Positions 26,965-35,901 of a stretch of DNA of 35,901 bases are shown piece after piece. Location: the IMG/VR virus record IMGVR_UViG_3300037424_003027, positions 1 to 35,901 of that record, one strand, 5' to 3'. Origin of the DNA: a virus. Lineage: Duplodnaviria > Caudoviricetes. The notes below the pieces were generated by a model, which had not been told where the DNA came from, did not search any database, and saw only the letters and a list, made by a program, of their open reading frames with translations. Each line of letters begins with the position of its first letter. The stretch's first letter is position 1. Made by a program: the position numbers and the translations under genes.

Positions 26965-27067
26965 TGACATGGTGCTTGTCCTGGCTATTCGCATCGGCTG
27001 GACAGAAAACACGCTGCACAAACTTACATTAAAAAGGCTTTTAGAGTACTTCGAAACATTGTCATGA
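26930..27067 (+). other. Programmed -2 frameshift site GGGGGCGA and chaperone extension frame
   Basis: CGG GGG CGA at 26929-26937; the shifted frame is open (GELIRAALAINDMVLVLAIRIGWTENTLHKLTLKRLLEYFETLS) to TGA at 27065-27067. Confidence 0.8.
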
Positions 27068-28461
27068 ATGATTTAAAAACATCCATTGTTATTGATTTGA
27101 AGGGCAACCTTGAAGGCCAGTCCAATCGTTATTCGCGTGCGATGTTTCGCTTTACTCGCAGTGCGGGTAACCATATTAAGACGCTGCGCGGTGAATTGAG
27201 GGATCTGGGTAATTCACTCAGCTGGATGGGCAATAAAACAACGGCACTGCTTGGTGGGGTCACTGCCGGTTATGCAGCCAAACAGGTAATGGAACTCGAA
27301 GAGCGTTATCTTCGCCTGGGCATACAGGCAAATAAATCTAATAGGGAAATGGAGAAGTTAAAACAAACCATTTTTACGACTTCTCAAATGCCTGAGTTTC
27401 GTGTTGACCCAAACAAAATGCTGGCTGCGATAGCAGAGATCGTTGAAAAAACCGGTGACCTCGAATTTGCTGAAAATAATCTGCGTAACATTGCTGCGGC
27501 TATACAGGCAACAGGTGCTGCTGGTGAAAACATTGGCGGCATCATGGCCGAGTTTCAAAAAATGGGAATAACAGCACCCAAGGATGTGTTGGAGGCGATT
27601 GATATTTTGAACGTGCAAGGCAAGGAAGGCGCATTCACTTTACAAAATTTAGCGGCACTTGGCCCACGTGTAGTAAATGCCTATACCTCATTAGGGCGTA
27701 CTGGTGTACCAGCAATCCGGGAAATGGGCGCAGCCCTGCAAGTTGCCATGCAGGGAACGGGTGAAGCTGATACAGCAGCTACGGCATTTGAAGCAACGCT
27801 GCGTACATTGGCAGACCCGGATAAAATAAAAATATTAAAAGGCGCAGGAATTCAATTATTCGAAGATGAAAAAGTAGGCCGGTTTCGAGCAATCAATGAA
27901 ATAATGACCGACATCATAAAAAAGACAAAGGGAAATAAAGTCTTGTTGGGTTCTGTATTCGATGCACAGGCGGTACGTGCATTTAATAACGCCGCAGGTG
28001 AGTTTCAACGCACAGGCGCACTTCCATCACTTGAAAAGTTTTATAAAGTACAGGCTGATGGCACTACTACATTATTAAATGCAGCAGAGGCGGCACAATC
28101 AAGTAATGCCGCGTTAGCCAATATTCAATCCACCGCTATGCGTGCAGCGGATGAGATGATGGCCGGGCCGGTAAAAAAGCTGGCCAATAAAGCCAACGAT
28201 ATTTTGCAAAGCAGATCAACTGATACTTTATTAGGCAATTTAGGCAGCGACCCCGCCGAGCGTCGAGCCGAGATATCCATTGCCAGCGAAGCAACACGTA
28301 AGCAGCGCGAGAGAATATTGCAAGAAAGCCGTGGGCAATTCAGCGGCCAGGTAAAAATTATCATTGATCAACAAAACCGTGCGCGCGTAACCAAGGTCAC
28401 CAGTGATAACAAGGATGTAAACATTTCCGTGGATAACGGTTTGCAAGTAGGCACGCAATGA
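27064..28461 (+). CDS. Tail tape measure protein
   Basis: 465 aa, Ala-rich and helical; GKEGAF.L..LA..GP motif; after chaperone, before gpN. Confidence 0.88.
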   Translation: MNDLKTSIVIDLKGNLEGQSNRYSRAMFRFTRSAGNHIKTLRGELRDLGNSLSWMGNKTTALLGGVTAGYAAKQVMELEERYLRLGIQANKSNREMEKLKQTIFTTSQMPEFRVDPNKMLAAIAEIVEKTGDLEFAENNLRNIAAAIQATGAAGENIGGIMAEFQKMGITAPKDVLEAIDILNVQGKEGAFTLQNLAALGPRVVNAYTSLGRTGVPAIREMGAALQVAMQGTGEADTAATAFEATLRTLADPDKIKILKGAGIQLFEDEKVGRFRAINEIMTDIIKKTKGNKVLLGSVFDAQAVRAFNNAAGEFQRTGALPSLEKFYKVQADGTTTLLNAAEAAQSSNAALANIQSTAMRAADEMMAGPVKKLANKANDILQSRSTDTLLGNLGSDPAERRAEISIASEATRKQRERILQESRGQFSGQVKIIIDQQNRARVTKVTSDNKDVNISVDNGLQVGTQ

Positions 28462-29606
28462 GTTGGCGCGACCGCTATCAACCCGGTGGTAAATTCCGCG
28501 AAGCCACATTCTGGGTGGATAGCAGCGACTTGAGCTTTGGCCGCCGCAACCAGGTGCATGAGTTTCCGCTTAAAGATAAAGCCGTGGTTGAGGATCTGGG
28601 ACGCAAGGCACGCACGTTCACTTTTCGTGCATTTGTAATTGGTGATAATTACGACATCGAGCGCAACAATTTAATTGCCGAAATTGAAAAGCCAGGCAGC
28701 GGTTGGCTGATTCACCCGTGGCTGGGCGTGATGATTGTATCCATTACCGATGCACGCGAATCTGAAAACTCGCAACGCATGGGCATGGCAGAATTCACCA
28801 TCACTTGCGTAGAAGCCGGTGACTTACAGTTTATTTTTGAGCAACCTGATACCGCAACCGCCGTTGAAGTGGCTGCTGATAAATCTATTGCAGATAGCAT
28901 TGCGGAGTTCGGTGACAACTTCAGCGTGCTGCAACAGGCAGCGGATTACATCACTGAAATTCAGGGCACCATGGGTGACATCCTGGGCGCGGTTGAAAAT
29001 GTAGTGGATGGCATCACTGGCCCTATTACAGAGTTGATTCGTGCACCGGGTGAAATGGCAGCCACTATTGCCAACACCTTGGGTAATTTGGAAAATTCGT
29101 TAGAAAGCCCAGCACGCGCACTGGATATTTATAAAACATTATTCAAACCATCATCGCCGTCAGCTTCTATTCCCAACACCACCAGCAACCGGCAGCAACA
29201 AATTGCCAACGTGGATGCCGTGGCCAGCCTGGTGACTCGCATTGCCATTGCCGAAGCCTGCCGTACTGTAGCGGGCATCACCTGGCCAACGTTGGATGAT
29301 GCAATCAACGTGCGTGATCAAATCATTACCGCTATTGAAAACGAAATGCACCAGGCCATGGGCGATGCGGTGTTTGATTCCATGTCGGCGCTGCGTACCG
29401 CATTGGCTGAAGATACGCGTGTGCGCGGTGCCAAATTGCCACGGCTTTCGTATTACACACCGGCTACTGATTTGCCTGCGCTGGTGTTGGCGCATCAGTT
29501 GTATGGCGACATTACGCGCAGTGATGAACTGATTGCACGTAGCAACATTCGTCACCCCGGTTTTGTGCCAGGCGGCAGCGCGCTGGAGATACTGGCCGAT
29601 GTCTGA
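28458..29606 (+). CDS. DNA circularization protein (Mu gpN)
   Basis: MSWRDR, GRR.QVHEFP, EDLGR, G.LIHPW.G and C-terminal PALVLAH.LYGD..R..E....IRHPGFVP motifs. Confidence 0.93.
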   Translation: MSWRDRYQPGGKFREATFWVDSSDLSFGRRNQVHEFPLKDKAVVEDLGRKARTFTFRAFVIGDNYDIERNNLIAEIEKPGSGWLIHPWLGVMIVSITDARESENSQRMGMAEFTITCVEAGDLQFIFEQPDTATAVEVAADKSIADSIAEFGDNFSVLQQAADYITEIQGTMGDILGAVENVVDGITGPITELIRAPGEMAATIANTLGNLENSLESPARALDIYKTLFKPSSPSASIPNTTSNRQQQIANVDAVASLVTRIAIAEACRTVAGITWPTLDDAINVRDQIITAIENEMHQAMGDAVFDSMSALRTALAEDTRVRGAKLPRLSYYTPATDLPALVLAHQLYGDITRSDELIARSNIRHPGFVPGGSALEILADV

Positions 29607-30639
29607 CATTGTTTTAAAAGTAGACGGCACACTGCATGGCGGCTGGACACAGATCAACATACAGCGCTCGCTCGACATGATTGCCGATGCATTTGAATTA
29701 GCACTCACCGACCGCTGGAGCGCAGATACGCAACCACGCCCGATTAAAGTCGGCCCTGCATGTGAAATATTAATCGACGGTGAGCTGGTGGTGAGTGGGA
29801 ATATTGAGGATTTAACACCGGCATACGATGCCGAACGTCACAGCGTAACCGTGGCAGGCCGCTCTAAACTTGGCGACCTGGTTGACGGTATGCTGGCTGC
29901 CAAAGAGTACAAACAACGCTCACTCAAACAAATCGCAACCGACATTTTAAAGCCATTCAACATCAATTTTATTGTGCCGAAGAATGTACAGGCCGACCTG
30001 AACGAAATATTTAAACTCAAACGTATCAGTGCCGGTGATTCGGCATTCGAGGTGCTCAATAATTTGTGCCAGCGCCGCGCGGTACGCATGGTGAGCAACG
30101 AAAAAGGCGAACTGGTATTCACCCGCACCGGCACGCAACGCATCAGTACAGCACTCACCCTGGGCGACAACATTCTGGCGGCATCGGGTGAATTCTCACA
30201 GCGTGAACGCTTCAGCCTGTACACCGTAAATGGGCAAACCGAAAGCAGTTTGTTATCGGCAGCCAGCGGCAGTAAATCTGCTGCCGTATCAGATACACAC
30301 ATCAAACGTCACCGCCCCTTTGTAAACATGATGGACGGCAATATAGAAATTGCCGATTGCAAAAAACTGGCACAGTGGGAATGCAACACGCGTTTTGGCC
30401 GTGGCGAGTCCGTGGTGTACACGGTGCTGGGTTGGCGGCATGCCGATGGTTTGTGGAATATCAACACGCTAGTACCGGTGAATGATGCGTTTATGGGTAT
30501 CAACGAAGATCGCTTAATTACCGAAGTGCGTTTTTTGATGGATGAGAGTGGCCAGCGCACAGAACTGCGGGTAATGCCAGAAACCGCTTACGCCCTGGTT
30601 GCATTACCAGACGCAGACGATGACGGAGGTTGGGCATGA
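29599..30639 (+). CDS. Baseplate hub (Mu gpP/gp44)
   Basis: L.VDG..HGGW...I.RS, GRSK.GDLVD, LGDNIL, RFS.Y.V.GQ motifs. Confidence 0.92.
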   Translation: MSDIVLKVDGTLHGGWTQINIQRSLDMIADAFELALTDRWSADTQPRPIKVGPACEILIDGELVVSGNIEDLTPAYDAERHSVTVAGRSKLGDLVDGMLAAKEYKQRSLKQIATDILKPFNINFIVPKNVQADLNEIFKLKRISAGDSAFEVLNNLCQRRAVRMVSNEKGELVFTRTGTQRISTALTLGDNILAASGEFSQRERFSLYTVNGQTESSLLSAASGSKSAAVSDTHIKRHRPFVNMMDGNIEIADCKKLAQWECNTRFGRGESVVYTVLGWRHADGLWNINTLVPVNDAFMGINEDRLITEVRFLMDESGQRTELRVMPETAYALVALPDADDDGGWA

Positions 30640-31172
30640 AAGCCTTACAACGTTTACTGCATCCATTACGCCAACGCATTATGTTTATGCTGGCGCGTGG
30701 CATTGTGAAATTAAGCAACAGCAGCAGCAATATGCAAACACTGCAAATTACCGTGCTTGATGGCGAAGTGCTGAGTGACGTAGAACATTTTGAACCATAC
30801 GGTTTCACCTCACGCCCGCAACCTGGTGCTGAAGTATTAACGGCAAGCCTAGCCGGTAACCGCAGTCACACCGTGGTGCTTTGTGCGGCGGATCGGCGTT
30901 ATCGCAAATTGAATCTGCAACTCGGCGAAGTGGCTTTGTTTACGCACGATGGATCAGAAATACATTTGAAGAATGGCGGTGAAATTTATCTCAAGGCCGC
31001 CACCAAATTAGTAGTCGATGCACCATTGCTGGAATGCACCGGTGACATCGTGGCGGCTGGTGATGTGAGTGATGCAACCGGCAGCATGCAGGCAATGCGC
31101 GATGTATTTAATTTGCACACCCACACCGGCAACCTGGGCAACCCAACCAGCGTTCCAACGCCGAGCATGTAA
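30636..31172 (+). CDS. Baseplate spike (Mu gp45)
   Basis: VEHFEPYGFTS.P, DRRYR, GEVALF motifs; C-terminal HTH metal-binding motif. Confidence 0.92.
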   Translation: MKALQRLLHPLRQRIMFMLARGIVKLSNSSSNMQTLQITVLDGEVLSDVEHFEPYGFTSRPQPGAEVLTASLAGNRSHTVVLCAADRRYRKLNLQLGEVALFTHDGSEIHLKNGGEIYLKAATKLVVDAPLLECTGDIVAAGDVSDATGSMQAMRDVFNLHTHTGNLGNPTSVPTPSM

Positions 31173-31616
31173 ATGGATATCGCACTCAAACAAACTACGG
31201 GATTAGATTTTGACATAGCCATACAGGCACCCGATGTGCTGGTGGATAACGGCTTACGTACCGCCATTATCATTTCGTTGTTCACTGATCGCCAGGCAAA
31301 TGATGTAGATGAATTAACCGATGGCAGCCAAAACAAACGTGGCTGGTGGGCCGATGCACTGGGTGCGCAAGGCGACAAAATTGGTTCACGCCTGTATCTG
31401 CTGCGCCGCTCAAAACAAACACCAGGTGTTTTAATTACGGCGCGTGAATATTGTATCGAGGCTTTGCAATGGAAGCTCACCGACAACGTGGTGCGCCGCA
31501 TTGAAGTAGATACGGAATGGGTTGCTCGCGGCGTGCTCGGCATACGCGCAACACTGTACAAAGCCGATGGCAAACCGTTTGAGGCATTCTTTGAATATTC
31601 ATTGGAGTCGATTTAA
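31173..31616 (+). CDS. Baseplate protein Mu gp46
   Basis: LRTAIIISLFTD, RGWWAD, IGSRLYLL.R.K motifs. Confidence 0.93.
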   Translation: MDIALKQTTGLDFDIAIQAPDVLVDNGLRTAIIISLFTDRQANDVDELTDGSQNKRGWWADALGAQGDKIGSRLYLLRRSKQTPGVLITAREYCIEALQWKLTDNVVRRIEVDTEWVARGVLGIRATLYKADGKPFEAFFEYSLESI

Positions 31617-32680
31617 TGGCCTTTAGCAGACCCACATTAAAAGACCTGAGCAATCGCATGGAAGCGGACGTAGCCAGCCGCCTGCCAGGCACGGACCCAA
31701 AATTGCGTTACAGCCTGCTGGGTATTCTGGCGCGTGTGTTTGCCGGTGCGGTGCATGGTTTGTATGGCTATCTACAATGGATCAGCAAACAGGTATTGCC
31801 GGACACAGCAGAAAAAGAATATCTGGATCGCTGGAGCGTAATCTGGAATGTACTGCGTAAACCTGCCGTGAGTGCAACCGGTATTGTGGTGTGTACCGGC
31901 ACCAATGGCAGCGTGATACCGGCGGGCACGTTATTGCAACGATCCGACGCAGTGGAATTCACAACCGATGCCGATGCAACCATTGTTGCCGGCACGGTGA
32001 ATGCGAGTGTAACGGCAGTTGCAGGTGGTGTTGCAGGTAATACAGCAGCGGCCAGTAATTTGAATTTTGTTACGCCGGTTGCCGGTGTTAACAGCACGGC
32101 AGCAGTAGATGGCGCTGGTTTGATTGGTGGGCTGGATATTGAATCTGACGACGATTTGCGCGCACGGTTACTTGCCAGAATTCAACAGCCAGCACAGGGC
32201 GGTGCTGCGCATGATTATATTGCCTGGGCGTTGGAAATGGCGGGTGTTACGCGCGCCTGGTGTTACCCACTGGAAAATGGTGCGGGCACGGTGGTGGTGC
32301 GGTTCATGATGGATGACAGCTACGCAAACGGGATCCCGTTGGCCGGTGATGTAACAGCTGTGCAAAATTATATTGATGCGCGCCGCCCGGTAGCGATCGC
32401 TATAAATGGTTTTACCGCTGTTGCGCCAGTAGCGGTGCCCATTAATTTTACACTGACTGTGTCGCCCAATACGCAAGCAGTAAAAGATGCCGTCACCGCT
32501 GAATTAAAAGATTTGATTCTGCGTGATAGCGCGCCAGGTGGCACGATACGCATCAGCCGCATTCGCGAGGCGATTAGTTTGGCAGCAGACGAAACTGACC
32601 ATGTATTAACTGCACCTGCAGCCAACGTAACGCATACCACTAACCAGATTGCCACCATGGGCACCGTGACGTTCAGCTGA
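31616..32680 (+). CDS. Baseplate J-like protein (Mu gp47)
   Basis: F.RPTL, LPDTA, GG.D.ESDDDLRARLL, GG..HDY..WA motifs. Confidence 0.93.
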   Translation: MAFSRPTLKDLSNRMEADVASRLPGTDPKLRYSLLGILARVFAGAVHGLYGYLQWISKQVLPDTAEKEYLDRWSVIWNVLRKPAVSATGIVVCTGTNGSVIPAGTLLQRSDAVEFTTDADATIVAGTVNASVTAVAGGVAGNTAAASNLNFVTPVAGVNSTAAVDGAGLIGGLDIESDDDLRARLLARIQQPAQGGAAHDYIAWALEMAGVTRAWCYPLENGAGTVVVRFMMDDSYANGIPLAGDVTAVQNYIDARRPVAIAINGFTAVAPVAVPINFTLTVSPNTQAVKDAVTAELKDLILRDSAPGGTIRISRIREAISLAADETDHVLTAPAANVTHTTNQIATMGTVTFS

Positions 32681-33213
32681 TGACCAAAGACGATTACAAA
32701 ACCCAGTTAATTGCATTATTGCCACCTGGCGTAATATGGCCTGCCGTGCAAACTAGCAGCACGTTTATTAGCCTGCTGGATGCACTGGCCGAAGAATTGG
32801 CGCGTATTGATGCGCGAGTAGAAAATTTAATGCTTGAAGTTTATCCAGATACATCCGTGGAATTGTTAACGGATTGGGAACGTGTAGCCGGGTTGCCGGA
32901 TAACTGCACGGGTGAAATCGAAACATTACAGCAGCGGCACAGCGCGTTGATGGGAGTGTTAACCATACAACGCAGTTTATCGCGGCAGTTTTTTATTGAT
33001 ATTGCTGCACGCCTTGGGTTCGTTATTACGATTACAGAATTAGCTGGATACACCTGGCGCGTGAATGCCACGCTTGATGTGAATGCTGTGTATTTTCGCA
33101 CTGGCGTATCTGTGATCGGTGATCCATTGGTGCAATCACTTAATAATTTGCTGGAGTGCGCCATGCAAACACTCAAGCCCGCTCATACCATTGTTACATT
33201 TAATTATATTTAA
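32680..33213 (+). CDS. Baseplate wedge Mu gp48 / YmfQ (DUF2313)
   Basis: L.ALLPPG..W, ELL.DWER..GLPD, LEC.....KPAHT motifs. Confidence 0.92.
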   Translation: MTKDDYKTQLIALLPPGVIWPAVQTSSTFISLLDALAEELARIDARVENLMLEVYPDTSVELLTDWERVAGLPDNCTGEIETLQQRHSALMGVLTIQRSLSRQFFIDIAARLGFVITITELAGYTWRVNATLDVNAVYFRTGVSVIGDPLVQSLNNLLECAMQTLKPAHTIVTFNYI

Positions 33214-33224
33214 AGAGGTGATTT

Positions 33225-34193
33225 ATGCATCGCGTTGATAATGCAACATCGGCAGCTGTGCTGCCCACGCCACAACCTGTTGGGCCGAATCCGAATAGTT
33301 ACTTTCAGCCTCAAACTATTGTTGATGTCGATTGGGCGAACGCATTACAAGAAGAAATCTGCGCGGTTATTGAAAATGCCGGCGTGGTGTTAGATAAAAC
33401 ACAAAACAATCAGTTATTAACCGTGCTCAATAATAGCTTTGCCTCATTAGGCATTGAAATTGTTGATACAACTAATTTTGCGCATGGTGAGCCGGGTAAC
33501 ATTTTGGCCGGAATTACCACAGGACAACGTAATTCCGCATATGGATATCGCGCATTACAAGTTATTGCGACAGGTAATAATAATACGGCCTGTGGCTATT
33601 TATCACTGCAAGACTGCACCGGCAGCAATAATACAGGAAATGGTACATTTTCGGGTCAAAATATTACGACAGGCAATAATAATACCGCAATTGGTGATTC
33701 TGCTGCATCAAATTTAATCACTGGATCTAACAATACTAGTGTCGGTTATAACGCGCAGACCTCGACAAACGCAGCGAATAATGAATTTACATTAGGCGAT
33801 TTGAATATAGCTGTATTGCGCTGCAATATTACAACAATCACATCATTGTCTGATGCTCGTGATAAAACCGATATTGCTGATTTGCCCCTAGGTTTAGATT
33901 TTATTAATACATTGCGCCCTGTTACGTTTCATTGGGATCGGCGCGATTGGTATGATGATGGCATCAGTGATAGCAGTAAGAAGGCAGCGAATTTATCATA
34001 TGGATTCATTGCTCAAGAACTGCAAGCCGCTCAAGTGGGTAATGAATGGCTGGATTTAGTTTATCAGGAGAATCCTGAGAAACTAGAGGCGTCATACGGC
34101 AAGTTGTTAATACCATTAATCAAGGCTGTGCAGGAATTATCTGCACGCATCATCGCGTTAGAAGCCCGAGTACTTGATCTCGAAACACCTTAA
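33225..34193 (+). CDS. Tail fibre with C-terminal peptidase S74 intramolecular chaperone
   Basis: Mu S-type N-terminus (MHRVD...W.N.LQEEI..VIE.AG), TTG..NTA.G repeats, SDARDK cleavage motif, GFIAQE, terminal coiled coil. Confidence 0.88.
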   Translation: MHRVDNATSAAVLPTPQPVGPNPNSYFQPQTIVDVDWANALQEEICAVIENAGVVLDKTQNNQLLTVLNNSFASLGIEIVDTTNFAHGEPGNILAGITTGQRNSAYGYRALQVIATGNNNTACGYLSLQDCTGSNNTGNGTFSGQNITTGNNNTAIGDSAASNLITGSNNTSVGYNAQTSTNAANNEFTLGDLNIAVLRCNITTITSLSDARDKTDIADLPLGLDFINTLRPVTFHWDRRDWYDDGISDSSKKAANLSYGFIAQELQAAQVGNEWLDLVYQENPEKLEASYGKLLIPLIKAVQELSARIIALEARVLDLETP

Positions 34194-34209
34194 ATTAAGG
34201 ACTTTAAAT

Positions 34210-34596
34210 ATGAATGTTGAAGATTATCTGTTAAAAACAAAGGAGCTATTGAAGGCGAAAAAATATACCGATGGCTGCACCACGCCGTTTAAGACATATA
34301 TTCATCGCTGGTTAACATGTGCGCGATTGCTTTGTGCTGCGCACGACTTTGGCAGCCTCGGCTTAATTACTGGAGTTCGCCCTGGTTGGCATAACAACTG
34401 GATGACATGGAAGGCGCATTTAAGCCAATCAAATCCAGTGTATTGGATATGGGGCACGGTTGTCGCACTGGTCACCTTGCCATGGGTTTTCTGGCGCAGA
34501 AATTTAGGTATTGCGATACTCGATATGGCTGGGTTCCACGTAATTTTATTGGCAGGAATAACGCTAACGCTGCTGATTATTTATCAACCTACTTGA
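34210..34596 (+). CDS. Membrane protein with PLA2-like DGC...C..HD motif
   Basis: YTDGCT...LCAAHDF followed by two hydrophobic segments; SD AAGGA. Confidence 0.55.
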   Translation: MNVEDYLLKTKELLKAKKYTDGCTTPFKTYIHRWLTCARLLCAAHDFGSLGLITGVRPGWHNNWMTWKAHLSQSNPVYWIWGTVVALVTLPWVFWRRNLGIAILDMAGFHVILLAGITLTLLIIYQPT

Positions 34597-34612
34597 TATT
34601 AAGTCAAGCAAT

Positions 34613-34661
34613 AAAAGAAGCGGCAGGCAATGTGCGTCAACACACGGCCTGCCACCAACCC
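34613..34661. repeat. 49-bp hairpin-forming direct repeat, copy 1
   Basis: 43/49 identical to 35003-35051 by manual alignment. Confidence 0.9.
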
Positions 34662-34684
34662 TTGAGCATGGCACGGAGAATAGC

Positions 34685-34939
34685 ATGAAAAAGATTGACC
34701 GGAGACGCTACACGAGAGAGAGAGTAGTTGCAGGAAAACAGGAAGTATATGACTCCAATACCAACCAATGGCTGTTGATGTCGATGGTTCTTAACGATAC
34801 CAGCGGGGGTCACTCGCACGATACATCCTCAAATTTTAGCGGGGGCGGCGACTTTGGAGGCGGAGGCGCAAGCAGTTCATATAGCGATAGCTCTTCGAGC
34901 AGCGATAGCGGCGGCGGGAGTTCTGGTGGATGTGATTGA
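34685..34939 (+). CDS. Small Gly/Ser-rich hypothetical protein
   Basis: SD GGAG; low-complexity C-terminus FSGGGDFGGGGASSS. Confidence 0.6.
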   Translation: MKKIDRRRYTRERVVAGKQEVYDSNTNQWLLMSMVLNDTSGGHSHDTSSNFSGGGDFGGGGASSSYSDSSSSSDSGGGSSGGCD

Positions 34940-35000
34940 GTGGCATAACCAATGCCGCTGATACGTGCAGGGATTAGATTAAATTGCTGTAAACGGTAAA

Positions 35001-35106
35001 GAAAAAGAAGCGGCAGGAATTGTGCATCAACACGCTTCCTGCCACCAACCCACGGTGTCTAAACACCGTGAGCCAGCCAAGGCTTCCCGCTACGTCGACG
35101 CAGCGT
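35001..35106 (-). ncRNA. Candidate ~105-nt three-hairpin small RNA
   Basis: Extended -10 TGcTAGGCT (35119-35111); hairpins at 35088-35105, 35044-35077 and 35012-35043; G-U pairs only on the minus strand; U-rich tail. Confidence 0.6.
35003..35051. repeat. 49-bp hairpin-forming direct repeat, copy 2
   Basis: Matches 34613-34661, 390 bp away. Confidence 0.9.
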
Positions 35107-35139
35107 TTGGAGCCTAGCACAAAAATATAGAGGCTCACG

Positions 35140-35901
35140 ATGACCAAACCTTTTATCCCTTGGATGGGTGGCAAAAGCCGCCTGGCCGATAAAATCTTGC
35201 CGTTGTTCCCGGAACATACCTGCTACGTTGAAGCCTTCGCCGGGGCGGCTGCCTTGTTCTTCAAAAAGCAGCCCAGCCAGGTGGAGGTGTTGAACGATCT
35301 GAATGGCGAGCTGGTTAACCTGTACCGGGTTATCCAGAATCACCTAGAGGAATTTGTACGCCAGTTCAAGTGGGCTATTACCTCACGCCAGGTGTTTGCA
35401 TGGGAACAAACCAAACGCCCCGAAACCCTCACCGATATCCAGCGTGCTGCCCGGTTCTTCTACCTGCAAAAGCTGGCCTTCGGTGGCAAGGTGGATGGCC
35501 AGAACTACGGCACCGGCACTACAAGGTGTGAAGGCATCAACCTGCTGCGCATTGAGGAACACCTAAGCATGGCGCACCTACGGCTCAACCAGGTCAACAT
35601 CGAGAACCTGAGCTGGTCTGACTGCATCAAACGCTACGACAGGCCGCACACGCTGTTCTACTGCGACCCGCCATACTATGGCACCGCTGGCTACGGCATT
35701 GAATTCGGGCTGCCTGAATACCACCTCATGGCCGAACTAGCCCGCAGCATAGAAGGCAAGATGGTGATCAGCGTAAACGACTGCCCTGAGATGCGCGACG
35801 TGTATCACGACATGACCATGAAGTCCGTGCCGATCACCTACACTGTAGGTGGCATGAAGGGCCGAACACCCAAGAAGGAATTGATTGTCATGAATTGGTA
35901 G
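35140..35901 (+). CDS. Dam-like (D12 class) DNA adenine methyltransferase
   Basis: PWMGGK, YVEAFAG, EVLND and FYCDPPY motifs; occupies the position of mom. Confidence 0.93.
   Translation: MTKPFIPWMGGKSRLADKILPLFPEHTCYVEAFAGAAALFFKKQPSQVEVLNDLNGELVNLYRVIQNHLEEFVRQFKWAITSRQVFAWEQTKRPETLTDIQRAARFFYLQKLAFGGKVDGQNYGTGTTRCEGINLLRIEEHLSMAHLRLNQVNIENLSWSDCIKRYDRPHTLFYCDPPYYGTAGYGIEFGLPEYHLMAELARSIEGKMVISVNDCPEMRDVYHDMTMKSVPITYTVGGMKGRTPKKELIVMNW

Larger units (their letters stand above)
1..35901. mobile_element. Mu-like transposable prophage (myovirus type); ends outside the window
   Basis: Transposase, ATPase, ner, gemA, Mor/C and a complete Mu-type head/tail gene set; no host genes. Confidence 0.95.

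Noticed and set aside
34613-35051. Repeat pair as a CRISPR mini-array
   Set aside because: Only two units, a 341-bp interval containing a gene, and no cas genes.
33225-35139. Gin-type invertible tail-fibre segment or diversity-generating retroelement
   Set aside because: No invertase or reverse transcriptase, no inverted second fibre and no template/variable repeat pair seen.
34974-35174. Minus-strand 66-aa ORF as Com or a toxin
   Set aside because: No paired CxxC zinc finger; it overlaps the structured element and the methylase start, so it is likely a shadow ORF.
1-35901. Phage att ends (TG...CA) and transposase-binding repeats
   Set aside because: The window begins and ends at stop codons of phage genes, so the ends lie outside it.

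Overview
The window is an almost complete transposable (Mu-like) prophage or phage genome with a contractile tail, trimmed at the stop codons of its first gene (MuF) and last gene (Dam-type methylase); no att ends are visible. Its layout is unusual. The repressor/ner switch sits in the middle (~16.8 kb). The left arm is read leftward: ner, B3-type transposase, MuB-like ATPase, semi-essential genes, gemA, Mor/C activator, lysis genes, terminase, portal and MuF. The right arm is read rightward: repressor plus two cargo genes, protease/scaffold, capsid, tail and methylase. The head module is therefore split into two divergent operons. Both late operons start with a near-identical 26-bp palindrome lying exactly 32 nt before an ATG with no Shine-Dalgarno site, with CA(T/A)GCT 6 nt before that ATG. 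This suggests a combined terminator and activator-dependent leaderless promoter. Other notable elements: an Acb2-type anti-CBASS gene between the terminase genes, a candidate ~105-nt structured RNA and its partial duplicate before the methylase, a Mu-type -2 frameshift site, a nested scaffold start, a candidate central gyrase site, a lipoprotein HNH protein, and a two-gene fibre-like insert in the head module. All family assignments come from motif recognition and gene order, not database searches.
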